From an uncultured delta proteobacterium (GTDB taxonomy: Bacteria; Desulfobacterota; Binatia; UBA9968), in NCBI GenBank assembly GCA_963755715.1, contig CAVWLW010000063.1, positions 1 through 64,000 of the forward strand: a stretch of DNA of 64,000 nucleotides, in the 5' to 3' direction. This document shows, one piece after another, positions 52,863-62,154 of the stretch. How positions within the stretch are numbered: the first letter of the stretch is position 1; each line of letters starts with the position of its first letter. Below the pieces are notes generated by a model that was not told the DNA's origin, ran no database searches, and saw only the letters and a program-made list of their open reading frames with translations. Both the position numbers and the translations under genes were made by a program.

Positions 52863-52950
52863 GTTTAGGAGCTCGAAGCTTTAGTTTTTGAGCCAGTAAC
52901 AATGTCAAGCTGCTTCACCGGTGCATGAACATTAACTAGGAGTATTTAGG

Positions 52951-53657
52951 ATGAATGCGAACGAATGGTCCGCCGCTTTCGGCGAGTTGGCACGGCAAAC
53001 AATGTCTTCGGCGGAACTGGAACGGTATTTTTCAATTCCAATTACTAAAGCCCGCGCGCAAATTATTCTGCAGCAACTTTCGCTTTACGTGCGCCACCGG
53101 CGCGATTGTTGGGCTTTTGTCTCGGGCAACTCGCCGGTCCTATCAGTGAAGCAAAAGATACTCGGCCACGAGTATGAAGAGGTGATTCGTGATCAACACT
53201 CGGAGCATGGCCACTTGGATTTGATTTTTCGCCAAGGGAAATGCATCGGGCTCGGTGCCGACGACATCCTGAATACCAAGCCGATTCCCAGCACCACCGC
53301 GACGCTCTACTCTTGGGGCTGGATGTGCAAGAAAAAGAATTGGCTCGAAGGGCTGGCGGCGATGACGATGACCGAATGGAATCAGGACGATCGACTGCTG
53401 GGAGATTTGGGCGGTGGCCACGCCTTTCGCATGGGGCAGCGGTGGGTCGAGCACTGGGCATCACGTGGGACGATCTGCCGAATTGGAAAGCGCACCGCGA
53501 GGCCGACAAGGGCCATGTCGATATGTTTCTTCCCGTCTGGGAGGAATTCGGCAAAGGCGAAAACGAAAAAATGATCTTGCAGGCGGCGAAAGAGTCGGAA
53601 GAATTATACCGCGTCTATCAAGCAGGTCTTGCCGATGCCATGGAACGACTGGTTTGA
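52951..53657 (+). CDS. Heme-oxygenase-like diiron enzyme, paralog 3 (frameshift ~53455)
   Basis: RHRRDCW; HEYEE...GH; TEWNQDDRLL; HREADKGH in the shifted frame. Confidence 0.78.
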
Positions 53658-53686
53658 TCGATTGAAGACTTCCTGAGGTTTTACGG

Positions 53687-54652
53687 ATGCGGATTTTTCG
53701 ACTCGCAATACTGCCTTTGATTCTTCTTGCTACAACTCAAACCGTTCGCTCCGCTGAAATTGCCAAAGAAAAAATCACGTTCGCTTACGCCTCCATCAGT
53801 CCGAGTATGTCGGCCGTCTGGATGGCGAAAGAGATTGGCGCGTTCGAAAGAAACGGGTTGAATGCCGAGCTGGTTTACATCAGCTCGGGCGCCACGACGA
53901 TCCAGGCGTTGGTGGGCGGCAGCGTTCAAGCCGCGCTGGGCGCGAGCAACGCGGTGGTCGCTGCCACCCTCAAGGGCGCGCCGATCATCGCCGTCGGGGG
54001 CAACAGCAGCCGCCCCGGCATGCAGCTTTGGGTGCAGCCGGAGATTCAGCGCGCGGAACAATTACAGGGAAAGACGCTTGCCATCACCCGTTTTGGCTCG
54101 ACGAGCGACTTCGTGACTCGGCTGATTCTGCGAAAACTGAATCTCGAAGGAAAGACGGAACTGCGCCAGTTCGGCGGCGTGGTGGAAGCCGATATGGGGT
54201 TTCGTGCGCGTCAGGCAGAAGGGCGAGTCTCATCTCAGGCGCCGGGGCCGAAGGCAAGAATGCTGGTGGACGCCGCGGAACTCGGCATTCCTTTTTCAAT
54301 GAATCTGTTGGCCGTGAGCAACGATTATTTACAAAAATCGCCGAAGTCGGTGGACGCGATCGTCAGAGCTTATATCGAAGGAATCGCAGCGCTGAAGACG
54401 CGAAAAGCGCAAGCGCTCAAGTTGTTCGAGAAATACATGGGGCAGCGCGGCGGCAGCGCCGAGATGCACCATGATTTTGTCATGAGATATTTGGATTCTG
54501 TTCCGCGCATCGATCCGGCGGCGGTGGATACGGTGCTCGAAATGGTCGGCGCCAAAGGCGCGCCCAAAGACAGGCTTTACGATAACACCATCATCGATCG
54601 GCTGATTCACGAAGGTTTCACCGACAAGCTTTACAAAGGAGCAAAGCCATGA
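53687..54652 (+). CDS. NitT/TauT substrate-binding protein
   Basis: Signal peptide; WMAKEIGAFE; ATGA overlap with next gene. Confidence 0.88.
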   Translation: MRIFRLAILPLILLATTQTVRSAEIAKEKITFAYASISPSMSAVWMAKEIGAFERNGLNAELVYISSGATTIQALVGGSVQAALGASNAVVAATLKGAPIIAVGGNSSRPGMQLWVQPEIQRAEQLQGKTLAITRFGSTSDFVTRLILRKLNLEGKTELRQFGGVVEADMGFRARQAEGRVSSQAPGPKARMLVDAAELGIPFSMNLLAVSNDYLQKSPKSVDAIVRAYIEGIAALKTRKAQALKLFEKYMGQRGGSAEMHHDFVMRYLDSVPRIDPAAVDTVLEMVGAKGAPKDRLYDNTIIDRLIHEGFTDKLYKGAKP

Positions 54653-55359
54653 CGGAAAAACAGTGGCACGAGTGTCTAGGGGAATTGGTGCGCGACTATA
54701 TTCGTTCGCCCGAGCTGGAATTTTATTTTTCGATCAAGATGAACAAGCCCCGGGCCGCCGTCATGGTGAAACAGCAGAGCTTGTTTGTGCGCCATCGGCG
54801 CGACTGCTGGGCACATGTGTCGGCCAATTGCCCGGTGCTGGGCGTCAAGCAGCGCATCTTGGAGCATGAATACGAGGAAATTATCCGCGACGATTTTTCC
54901 GACTACGGCCATCTTCATCTCATTATTCGGCAAGGAAAATCAGTCGGTCTCGAGCCCGAGGAAATTATCCGTGCGGAACCTTTGCCGGAAACTCTTGCGA
55001 CGCTTTATGCCTGGTCGTGGATGACCAGCGAGATGCCTTGGACCGAGTCGCTTGCCGGCATGACGATCACCGAATGGTGCAACGATGACCGGCTGCTCGG
55101 CGATTTAGGCGGCGGGCAGTCGACGCGCATGGCAAAAAAATGGATGGAGGACATGGGCTTTACCTGGAAAGAGATTCCCAACCTGCAGGCGCACAGCCAG
55201 GCGGACGAGAAGCACAGCGATATGTTTTTGCCGTTTCTCGCCGAATACGCCACCGGCAATAAAGAAGCGCCGGCGATTCAAGCCGCGAAAGACTCTTTGG
55301 CGTTTAATGCGATGTATCGCAAGGGTATCGCGCTGGCGCAGGAAAAGATTCCGCTGTGA
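54649..55359 (+). CDS. Heme-oxygenase-like diiron enzyme, paralog 4
   Basis: RHRRDCW; HEYEE...GH; TEWCNDDRLL; HSQADEKH. Confidence 0.8.
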   Translation: MTEKQWHECLGELVRDYIRSPELEFYFSIKMNKPRAAVMVKQQSLFVRHRRDCWAHVSANCPVLGVKQRILEHEYEEIIRDDFSDYGHLHLIIRQGKSVGLEPEEIIRAEPLPETLATLYAWSWMTSEMPWTESLAGMTITEWCNDDRLLGDLGGGQSTRMAKKWMEDMGFTWKEIPNLQAHSQADEKHSDMFLPFLAEYATGNKEAPAIQAAKDSLAFNAMYRKGIALAQEKIPL

Positions 55360-56393
55360 TATCTTTTCAAAAGTTTCATTTTTCAAGAATAATTGCCGCG
55401 CTCTTTGTGTCGCTCGCACTGCTCGGAGCGTTGCCTTGCAGCGCTTTCGCCGCGGACGCGAAAATCATCGAAGCAGCCAAGAAGGAAGGCGAGCTCGCTT
55501 GGTGGAGCACCATCGCCCAGGATCAGTCGCAGAAAATCGTCGACGAGTTCATGAAACTCTATCCGTTCATCAAAGCGAGCTATTGGCGCAGCGGCAGCGT
55601 AGGATTGCACAACAAGATCTTGATCGAAGCTCGGGCAGGTCGTTCGAGTTGGGATGTGGTATCGCAGACCACGCCGGAATTTATTTTCGATCTTAAACAG
55701 AAAAAATTGATCGCGCCTTACAATTCTCCGGAGCGCGGCCAGTTCAGCGCGGATCTAAAAGATCGAGAGGGCTATTGGACGGGAACCTATGCGTTACCAA
55801 CGGGCCTGGGCTTCAATACTCAACAGGTGAAGAAGGAAGACGCGCCCAAGAGTTACAAAGACCTGCTCGACGGCAAGTGGAAGGGCGGCAAGATTTCTAT
55901 CGATGATGAAAACTACGAGCTTTTGGTCGGCCTCGAGCAAGCGTGGGGGAAAAAGCCCGCCGTAGAATATTTGAAAGCTTTAGCGGCGCAAGCGCCGACG
56001 ATAGGGCGAGGAGCGACTCAACGAACCCAGCTCTTGGCGGTCGGTGAATTTCCGCTGGCGATTTCCTATACGCACACGGTCGAGTGGTCTAAGTCTCAAG
56101 GCACCTCGGTCGATTGGGTCAACTTGGAGCCGGTGGTGATCAAGTTTGACGGCATCATGCTCGGCGCCAAGGCGGCGCATCCGAACGCCGCGAAACTATT
56201 TATCGACTTTGTCCTGTCGCAAGCCGGGCAGGAACTATTACAGAGTTTTAGCCGGGTCACGCTCCGCAACGGCGTGGAGCCCAATCCGCCGCGATTGATA
56301 AAAGGGTTCAAACGCGTTGTCCTTCATCCGGAAAAAGCCCAGGATGCCCAAGAGAGCCTGAAGCTTTATCGGGAAATATTTGGTCTGCCATGA
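55356..56393 (+). CDS. AfuA/FbpA-like solute-binding protein
   Basis: AKKEGEL; HPNAAKLFIDFVLS; GTGA overlap with the upstream gene. Confidence 0.88.
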   Translation: MISFQKFHFSRIIAALFVSLALLGALPCSAFAADAKIIEAAKKEGELAWWSTIAQDQSQKIVDEFMKLYPFIKASYWRSGSVGLHNKILIEARAGRSSWDVVSQTTPEFIFDLKQKKLIAPYNSPERGQFSADLKDREGYWTGTYALPTGLGFNTQQVKKEDAPKSYKDLLDGKWKGGKISIDDENYELLVGLEQAWGKKPAVEYLKALAAQAPTIGRGATQRTQLLAVGEFPLAISYTHTVEWSKSQGTSVDWVNLEPVVIKFDGIMLGAKAAHPNAAKLFIDFVLSQAGQELLQSFSRVTLRNGVEPNPPRLIKGFKRVVLHPEKAQDAQESLKLYREIFGLP

Positions 56394-57355
56394 GCGCGCT
56401 GCGCACTTATCTAATTGCGCTGGTCATCAGCCTATGGGTTTCCGGGGCCGGCTTGGTCCGCGCCGAAAAAATCATCTTTGCCTATCCAAGTCCTTCGACG
56501 AGTTTTTTGCCTTTGGTCGTGGCGCAAAAGAAGGGTTTCTTCGATCCGGAAAACCTGCAACCGGAATTGGTGCAGATTCGCCCCGCGGTCGCCATTCCCG
56601 GCCTAACCCTTGGCAGCGTCGATTACACCACGGTGCTCGGCAGCACGATCGCGGCGCGCATGCGTGGCGTGCCCCTCGTCATCACCGGCGTGTTCGCCGA
56701 CAAGCCGATGGACTTTTTGGTCGGAGCGAAAGGAATCGCGTCACCAAAAGATCTCAAGGGCAAAATTATCGGGATCAGCGCTTTGGGCACCGCCACACAC
56801 TTCTTGACGGTAAGAGTTCTTAAAGCGGTCGGCCTCGACCCGGAAAAAGATGTGACCCTGCGCGCGGTGGGCGACGAGGGACTACGCTTGCAAGCGCTGA
56901 GCACGGGGTTGGTGCAGGCTTCACTATTAGGCTCGCAAGGCGTGATCGAAGGTGAAAAAGCCGGCCTTAAAGTGATCGTCGCAGCAGCGGACGTGATTGA
57001 GAGTCTTCCTTTCGCCGGCGTCACAACCACTCTGGCCAAACTCAAAGAAAATCCCCAGCAGATCAAAAGAGTCTTGCGCGCGGGACTGCGCGGCCTTCGG
57101 TATGTTCAAGATAATAAAGCCGGAACGGTCGACGTGATTCAGAGCTGGTATCGAGTCGAACGCGAAATCGCCGCGTCGACCTACGATCTGGCCCGCAAGT
57201 CTTTTAGTGCGAACGGAGAGGTAAACGAGAAAGGGATCTTGCTCAGCATGGAATTTGCGCGCACGAGCGGGAAGTTTGAGAAAGAAATTTCTCCCTTGGA
57301 AATCATTGATTTCAACCTGTTGCGCGAGGTGAAAAAGGAGCTCGGGTGGCGCTGA
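56390..57355 (+). CDS. NitT/TauT substrate-binding protein
   Basis: Close paralog of 40986-41971; ATGA overlap. Confidence 0.88.
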   Translation: MSALRTYLIALVISLWVSGAGLVRAEKIIFAYPSPSTSFLPLVVAQKKGFFDPENLQPELVQIRPAVAIPGLTLGSVDYTTVLGSTIAARMRGVPLVITGVFADKPMDFLVGAKGIASPKDLKGKIIGISALGTATHFLTVRVLKAVGLDPEKDVTLRAVGDEGLRLQALSTGLVQASLLGSQGVIEGEKAGLKVIVAAADVIESLPFAGVTTTLAKLKENPQQIKRVLRAGLRGLRYVQDNKAGTVDVIQSWYRVEREIAASTYDLARKSFSANGEVNEKGILLSMEFARTSGKFEKEISPLEIIDFNLLREVKKELGWR

Positions 57356-57439
57356 CCGTGCTTTTGCAGAAGCGCGAAGATGAAGGTATGGTGGACACAC
57401 TGATAATTTTTTTGAAAGAGCAACAAAGGGGAGGTCACT

Positions 57440-58138
57440 ATGAGTCTCTGGCCAAAAGTGCGCGAAGAACTGAACACGATTGTGAACCGTCATTTTGAAA
57501 CGCCGGAGTACCGGCAGTTGTTTGCGGTGAAACTGACTCCCGCGCGGCAAGCGATCTGGGATGTGCATTATCCGCACTACATCAAGAGCCGGCGCGATTG
57601 CTGGGGCGCGGCAGCGGTGAAGGCGCCGCTCGATGTGAAGCGCGCGATCTGGGAGCACGAGAAAGACGAGTTGATTTATGACGCACGGATGGGATCGGCG
57701 CACTTGACCGACCAGCAGATGGCCGAAGCCGCCGCGGAAGCGAATTTACTTCCCGGCGTGCGCGCGGCGCTCATGGCTTGGATGTATTTGTCGACGACGA
57801 GCCCGTGGATCGAAGCCTTGACGGTCAATCACATTACCGAGCGCAAGAACAACCCGGCGATCGTCAAAGGCGGCGGTTTCACGGCGCGCTTTGCGCACAA
57901 GCGAGTCGCCGATCAGGGCGGCACGATCGAGGGTCTCGACATCAACACCAAAGTTCACATGGTGGCGGATGAAGATCATTCCGACATGTTCGAGCCGATC
58001 TACGATCGCCACATTACCGATGAGCGGACAGCGCAGGCAGTGATTCGCTCGGCGCTCGACAGTCTCGCCGTCGATCGCGCTTATCGCAGTGCGTTAGCCA
58101 CCGCGATGGCTCAGATCGAGGAATCGGCGGCGGCGTGA
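57440..58138 (+). CDS. Heme-oxygenase-like diiron enzyme, divergent paralog 5
   Basis: SRRDCW; HEKDE...AH; ITE; HMVADEDH. Confidence 0.72.
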   Translation: MSLWPKVREELNTIVNRHFETPEYRQLFAVKLTPARQAIWDVHYPHYIKSRRDCWGAAAVKAPLDVKRAIWEHEKDELIYDARMGSAHLTDQQMAEAAAEANLLPGVRAALMAWMYLSTTSPWIEALTVNHITERKNNPAIVKGGGFTARFAHKRVADQGGTIEGLDINTKVHMVADEDHSDMFEPIYDRHITDERTAQAVIRSALDSLAVDRAYRSALATAMAQIEESAAA

Positions 58139-58231
58139 AGGATCAGTTTCGAGTTTCAAGAACCACAAGAAACTGAATGGAGGCCGGGCGACGGTTGCCT
58201 CTGATGTCATCCACGATGGGAACGATCGAGA

Positions 58232-58265
58232 AGGGGGTGCCGCTTGCTTGGGCACCCCCTCTTTT
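58232..58265 (+). terminator. Putative intrinsic terminator
   Basis: AGGGGGTGCC-N9-GGCACCCCCT hairpin followed by CTTTT. Confidence 0.65.
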
Positions 58266-58356
58266 GTCTTCAAGATGAAATCGCCCGGGGCGTAACGGCA
58301 ACCAGGCGGCGCGCGCTGGTCATCTTGTGCGGCGTTAACAATTTTCAGAAATCGCT

Positions 58357-59499
58357 ATGGAAATAAAATTCGGTCTGATCAGTTCCGATTCGCACGGCCA
58401 GCTTGGCAAGGACGCCTATACAAGCCGCATGTCCGAGCAAAAGTGGGGAGAAAAAATCCCGCACTTGGTCGAGGTTCGGGAAGACAAGTTTCCTTTTCCC
58501 GTCGAGCGCTGGATGGTCAACGGCGAGATTCAAGGCGGCAACGTTTGTAATTGTCCGACGGCGATGAAACAGCGGAGCTACTATCCACAGCGCTGGGAGG
58601 AAGTTCCTCTCGAAGTCTACGATCCCGCGCGTCGCCTCGAAGCGCTGGACAGAGACCGGGTCGATGGCGAAGTTTTGTTTCCCAACGGACCGGGTGGCAC
58701 TTTCTTCTACGGCGACCCGGAGTTCGAGCTTGACTGCGTCAGGGCCTATAACGACGCGCTCGCCGAATTTCGCCGGGTGAGCGACCGCTTCATTCCGCTT
58801 GCCGCGGTGCCTTACATGAGTTCCATCGAAACGATCGTCGGCGAGGTGGAGCGCGCCGTTCAAACCGGCCACATGGGCATCAACATGTTGGCGGATCCGA
58901 GCGTCGCGGTGCAAGGTCTCAAAAATCTCAGCGATCCTTTTTGGCATCCGCTGTGGAATATTTGCCAGGAGCTTGGCGTCGGCGTCCATTTACATGCGTC
59001 TGCCGGGCTCGCTGGAAAGTTGTCATTGCCCCAATGGAAAGGCTACACGCGGCGACAGTCGCATTGCGTCTCGACGCTGCGCAATTTCTGCACGGCTACG
59101 CAGTTCGTGCCGTATTTGATTTTTTCCGGCATGCTCGACAAATTTCCTCGGCTCAACTGGGTCTTTGCTGAAACGGGGCTAGGCTGGGTGAGCTCGGTTC
59201 TGGAGGCTTGCGATTGCGAATGGGAAAAGCGCCACCTTTGGACCGAAGGGATTCTTACTCGGCCCAGCGAGCTGTTTCGGCGCCAGATCTACGTCGATTT
59301 CTGGTTCGAAACGGTCGGCATCCAACTGCGTGATTGCATCGGCGTCGACAATATTCTTTGGGAATCCGACTTTCCGCACATCACTTCCACATATCCGAAC
59401 TCCTGGAACGCCGTCGAGCATTCGCTGGCAGGTGTTTCAGCCGCCGATCGCGAAAAAGTGTTGTTTCGCAACGCCGCGCGGTTGTATCGATTGACGTAG
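58357..59499 (+). CDS. Amidohydrolase_2 family protein
   Basis: ISSDSH; D.DRVDGEVLFP; AYND; AETG.GW; WESDFPH; NAARLY. Confidence 0.9.
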   Translation: MEIKFGLISSDSHGQLGKDAYTSRMSEQKWGEKIPHLVEVREDKFPFPVERWMVNGEIQGGNVCNCPTAMKQRSYYPQRWEEVPLEVYDPARRLEALDRDRVDGEVLFPNGPGGTFFYGDPEFELDCVRAYNDALAEFRRVSDRFIPLAAVPYMSSIETIVGEVERAVQTGHMGINMLADPSVAVQGLKNLSDPFWHPLWNICQELGVGVHLHASAGLAGKLSLPQWKGYTRRQSHCVSTLRNFCTATQFVPYLIFSGMLDKFPRLNWVFAETGLGWVSSVLEACDCEWEKRHLWTEGILTRPSELFRRQIYVDFWFETVGIQLRDCIGVDNILWESDFPHITSTYPNSWNAVEHSLAGVSAADREKVLFRNAARLYRLT

Positions 59500-59526
59500 C
59501 TAGTCTACCAACGGCAAAAGTTAAAC

Positions 59527-60658
59527 ATGGAATTTAAACACGGTCTGATCAGCGCGGACGATCATGTGCAGGAACATCCTGAGGTTTGGACTGCGCGCCT
59601 GTCGCGGGAAAAATGGCGCGACAGGATTCCCCACGTGGCGCGCATGGCCGATGGCAGCGACGCTTGGATCGTCGACGGTCAACGCCTGTCCTTGCCTGGC
59701 GTCGCGATAGCCGGCGCGGCTATGGCAGATCGCGGCCAGGAGGTGAGGTGCTGGGACGATGTGCCGCCGATGGTATTTAGCGCGCGCGAACGATTGAAAG
59801 CGATGGACGTGGACGGCGTCGACTGCGCGATACTGTATCCCAGCGTAAGCGGTTTGGCGGCGGAAACTTTCGGCAAGCTCGACGATTCGGATTTGGAGCT
59901 CGCTTGCGTGCAGGCTTACAACGATTGGTTGATCGACGAGTGGGCCGACGTCAGCCCGCGGTTCGTGCCGCAATGCATCGTGCCGATCTGGCCGATGGAG
60001 CGGACGGTGGCGGAGATCGAGCGCGCCGTTGCCAAGGGTCATAAGGGTGTCATCTATCCGGCGTCGCCGATGGAGCTTCGCGCCGTGCCGCATATCAACG
60101 AGCCGGCTTACGATCCGCTCTGGGCCACTTGCCAAGAGCTCGGCGTGCCGCTTTGCTTCCACGCGGGCGGGTCGCCCAAGATTCAGATGCGGCCGGGCGA
60201 TGCATTCTCACCGGCGGTGGCCGCGGCATTCAGCGGTGTGGTGCGCTCGGTGAGCTCGATTGCGGTGGTGGCGAATTTTCTGCTTTCGCGCATCCTCGAC
60301 CGCTTTCCCAAGCTGAAAATCGTGTTCGCCGAAAGTTCGCTCGGCTGGGGCGCCTACGAAATCGAGTATGCGGACTATCAGTCGGAGGCCGACGGTTTGC
60401 CGTCGGAAGGCTATACTTCGAAGCCGTCGGAACTGTTCCAGCGCCAATGTTATTTTACTTGCTGGTACGATCACATGAGTCTTCGGGTGCGGCGCTATCT
60501 CGGCAGCGCAAATATTTTGTGGTCGAGCCATTTTCCGCTGGCGACCTCGAGTTGGCCCAATACCAAGCAGCGCGACTGAGCGGAGTTTTGCCGAGGTGCC
60601 GGATCAGGAGAAGCGGCAAATTCAATGGGAAAACGCCGCGAAGCTGTATTCGCTTTGA
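59527..60658 (+). CDS. Amidohydrolase_2 family protein (frameshift near C-terminus)
   Basis: ISADDH; AYNDW; AES..GW; WSSHFP; corrected end NAAKLYSL*. Confidence 0.87.
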
Positions 60659-60690
60659 GCAAATCGAATCAACGAGCAGGAGGTAAAAAC

Positions 60691-61044
60691 ATGAGACCTA
60701 AAGTTCGACATGTGGCCGTGATGACGAAAAATCGCGAGAAGATGGTGGAGTTCTATCAGAAAATATTCGGCCTGGAGCCGAAACGCGGATTCGGCGGGGC
60801 GATTTATATGTCCGACGGCGACGTCAACATCGCGCTCATCGAAGCCAAACGCGACGACCAAAAAGAGGGCATCAACCATTTCGGCTTCGAGGTCGACGAT
60901 CTCGACGACATCAAGCGACGATTGAAGGAAGCAGGATTTAACGCCGAGATCGATTCGAAGTCGGATAAAGACTCGGACCATCGAATCCAGGATCCCGATG
61001 GCCATTGGGTCGATATGGCGGTCGATCGCCGCTGGCCGAAATAA
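60691..61044 (+). CDS. VOC family protein
   Basis: VRHVAV; GINHFGFEV; DPDG; C-terminal WP shared with 50576-50914. Confidence 0.88.
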   Translation: MRPKVRHVAVMTKNREKMVEFYQKIFGLEPKRGFGGAIYMSDGDVNIALIEAKRDDQKEGINHFGFEVDDLDDIKRRLKEAGFNAEIDSKSDKDSDHRIQDPDGHWVDMAVDRRWPK

Positions 61045-61087
61045 ATTTCAATTAAAAGTAAGTGCAAGCGATTACGAGGAAGGTTCG

Positions 61088-62107
61088 ATGAGTTTGGTTC
61101 GGCGAAAGCTTTGCCTCGCTTGGTGTATCGTCGCTTCATTCGCGATTTCCGCGTATGCGCAAGACGGGTCGGACCCGAAAGTAGTCCAGGCGGCGCGCAA
61201 GGAAGGCGAGATCGTTTGGTACACGACGATGAGCTCGGATCAGAGCAACGCTTTCATGGCGCGTTTCCAACAGAAATATTCCTTCCTGAAGCCCTCCGTC
61301 ATTCGTTTAGGCGGGAGCGCGTTGCTGAATCGAGTTCTAACCGAGGCAAAAGCCGGGAAAAACTTTTTTGACGTCGTGCACGGCACCGGCGAGATCGTTT
61401 TGCCGCTCATGGATATGGGACTATTGGCGCCTTACATGTCGCCCGAGCGCAAAATGGTTGCCGATGACTTGAAAGATAGAAAGGGCTTCTGGACATCGGT
61501 TTACGTCAACTCGGTGGTGCTCGGCTACAATACCAATCTGCTCAAAGGACAAGTCGTGCCGCGCAGTTACAACGATCTTTTACAGCCGAGATGGAAAGGG
61601 CGAAAAATTTCCGTCGACGATACGTACGCGACCTTTCTGCAAGGGCTGATTGCCGTTTGGGGCAAAGACAAAGCGCTCGATTATCTGAAAAAATTGGCGG
61701 AACAAGAGCCGGTGGTCATGCGCGGCAGCACCGTGCGCGTTCAGTTGGCCGCCGCCGGCGAATTTCCCCTGGTGATCGCCTATGCCAACATCATTCAATA
61801 CCTCGCCGAGAAAGGGGCGCCGATTGATTGGGTGCCTCTTGAGCCCGCGGTGATCTCGGTCAACACCGTGATGGCGGGAGCCAAGGCGAGCCATCCGAAC
61901 GCGGCGAAGCTGTTTATCGATTTTACACTTTCGAAAGAAGGCCAGGAAAAACTTTGGGATTTCCAACGGATCCCATCGCGGAGCGACGTCGAACCCAAAC
62001 CGGCAAGACTGTTTCGCGGCTACAAGCGTTACGTGGTGCACCCCGAGGAAATGCAAAATCTCGACGAGACGGCCAAGCTCTACTCGCAGATTCTCAAAAC
62101 GCGCTAG
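61088..62107 (+). CDS. AfuA/FbpA-like solute-binding protein
   Basis: ARKEGEIVWYT; HPNAAKLFIDF.LS.EGQ. Confidence 0.88.
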   Translation: MSLVRRKLCLAWCIVASFAISAYAQDGSDPKVVQAARKEGEIVWYTTMSSDQSNAFMARFQQKYSFLKPSVIRLGGSALLNRVLTEAKAGKNFFDVVHGTGEIVLPLMDMGLLAPYMSPERKMVADDLKDRKGFWTSVYVNSVVLGYNTNLLKGQVVPRSYNDLLQPRWKGRKISVDDTYATFLQGLIAVWGKDKALDYLKKLAEQEPVVMRGSTVRVQLAAAGEFPLVIAYANIIQYLAEKGAPIDWVPLEPAVISVNTVMAGAKASHPNAAKLFIDFTLSKEGQEKLWDFQRIPSRSDVEPKPARLFRGYKRYVVHPEEMQNLDETAKLYSQILKTR

Positions 62108-62154
62108 GCGGCGCCAGTCATCGAAGGCGCGCCGCGCATTCACGGCAGGAATCT

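Noticed and set aside
49689-58138. PQQ biosynthesis (pqqC) or thiaminase II (tenA) cluster
   Set aside because: No pqqA/B/D/E or thi genes in the window; the H-x3-D-x2-H ligand set fits diiron HDOs better
58177-58278. Short ORF (MEAGRRLPLM...) as a possible RiPP precursor for the HDOs
   Set aside because: No clear RBS, it runs through the terminator hairpin, and it has no leader/core pattern
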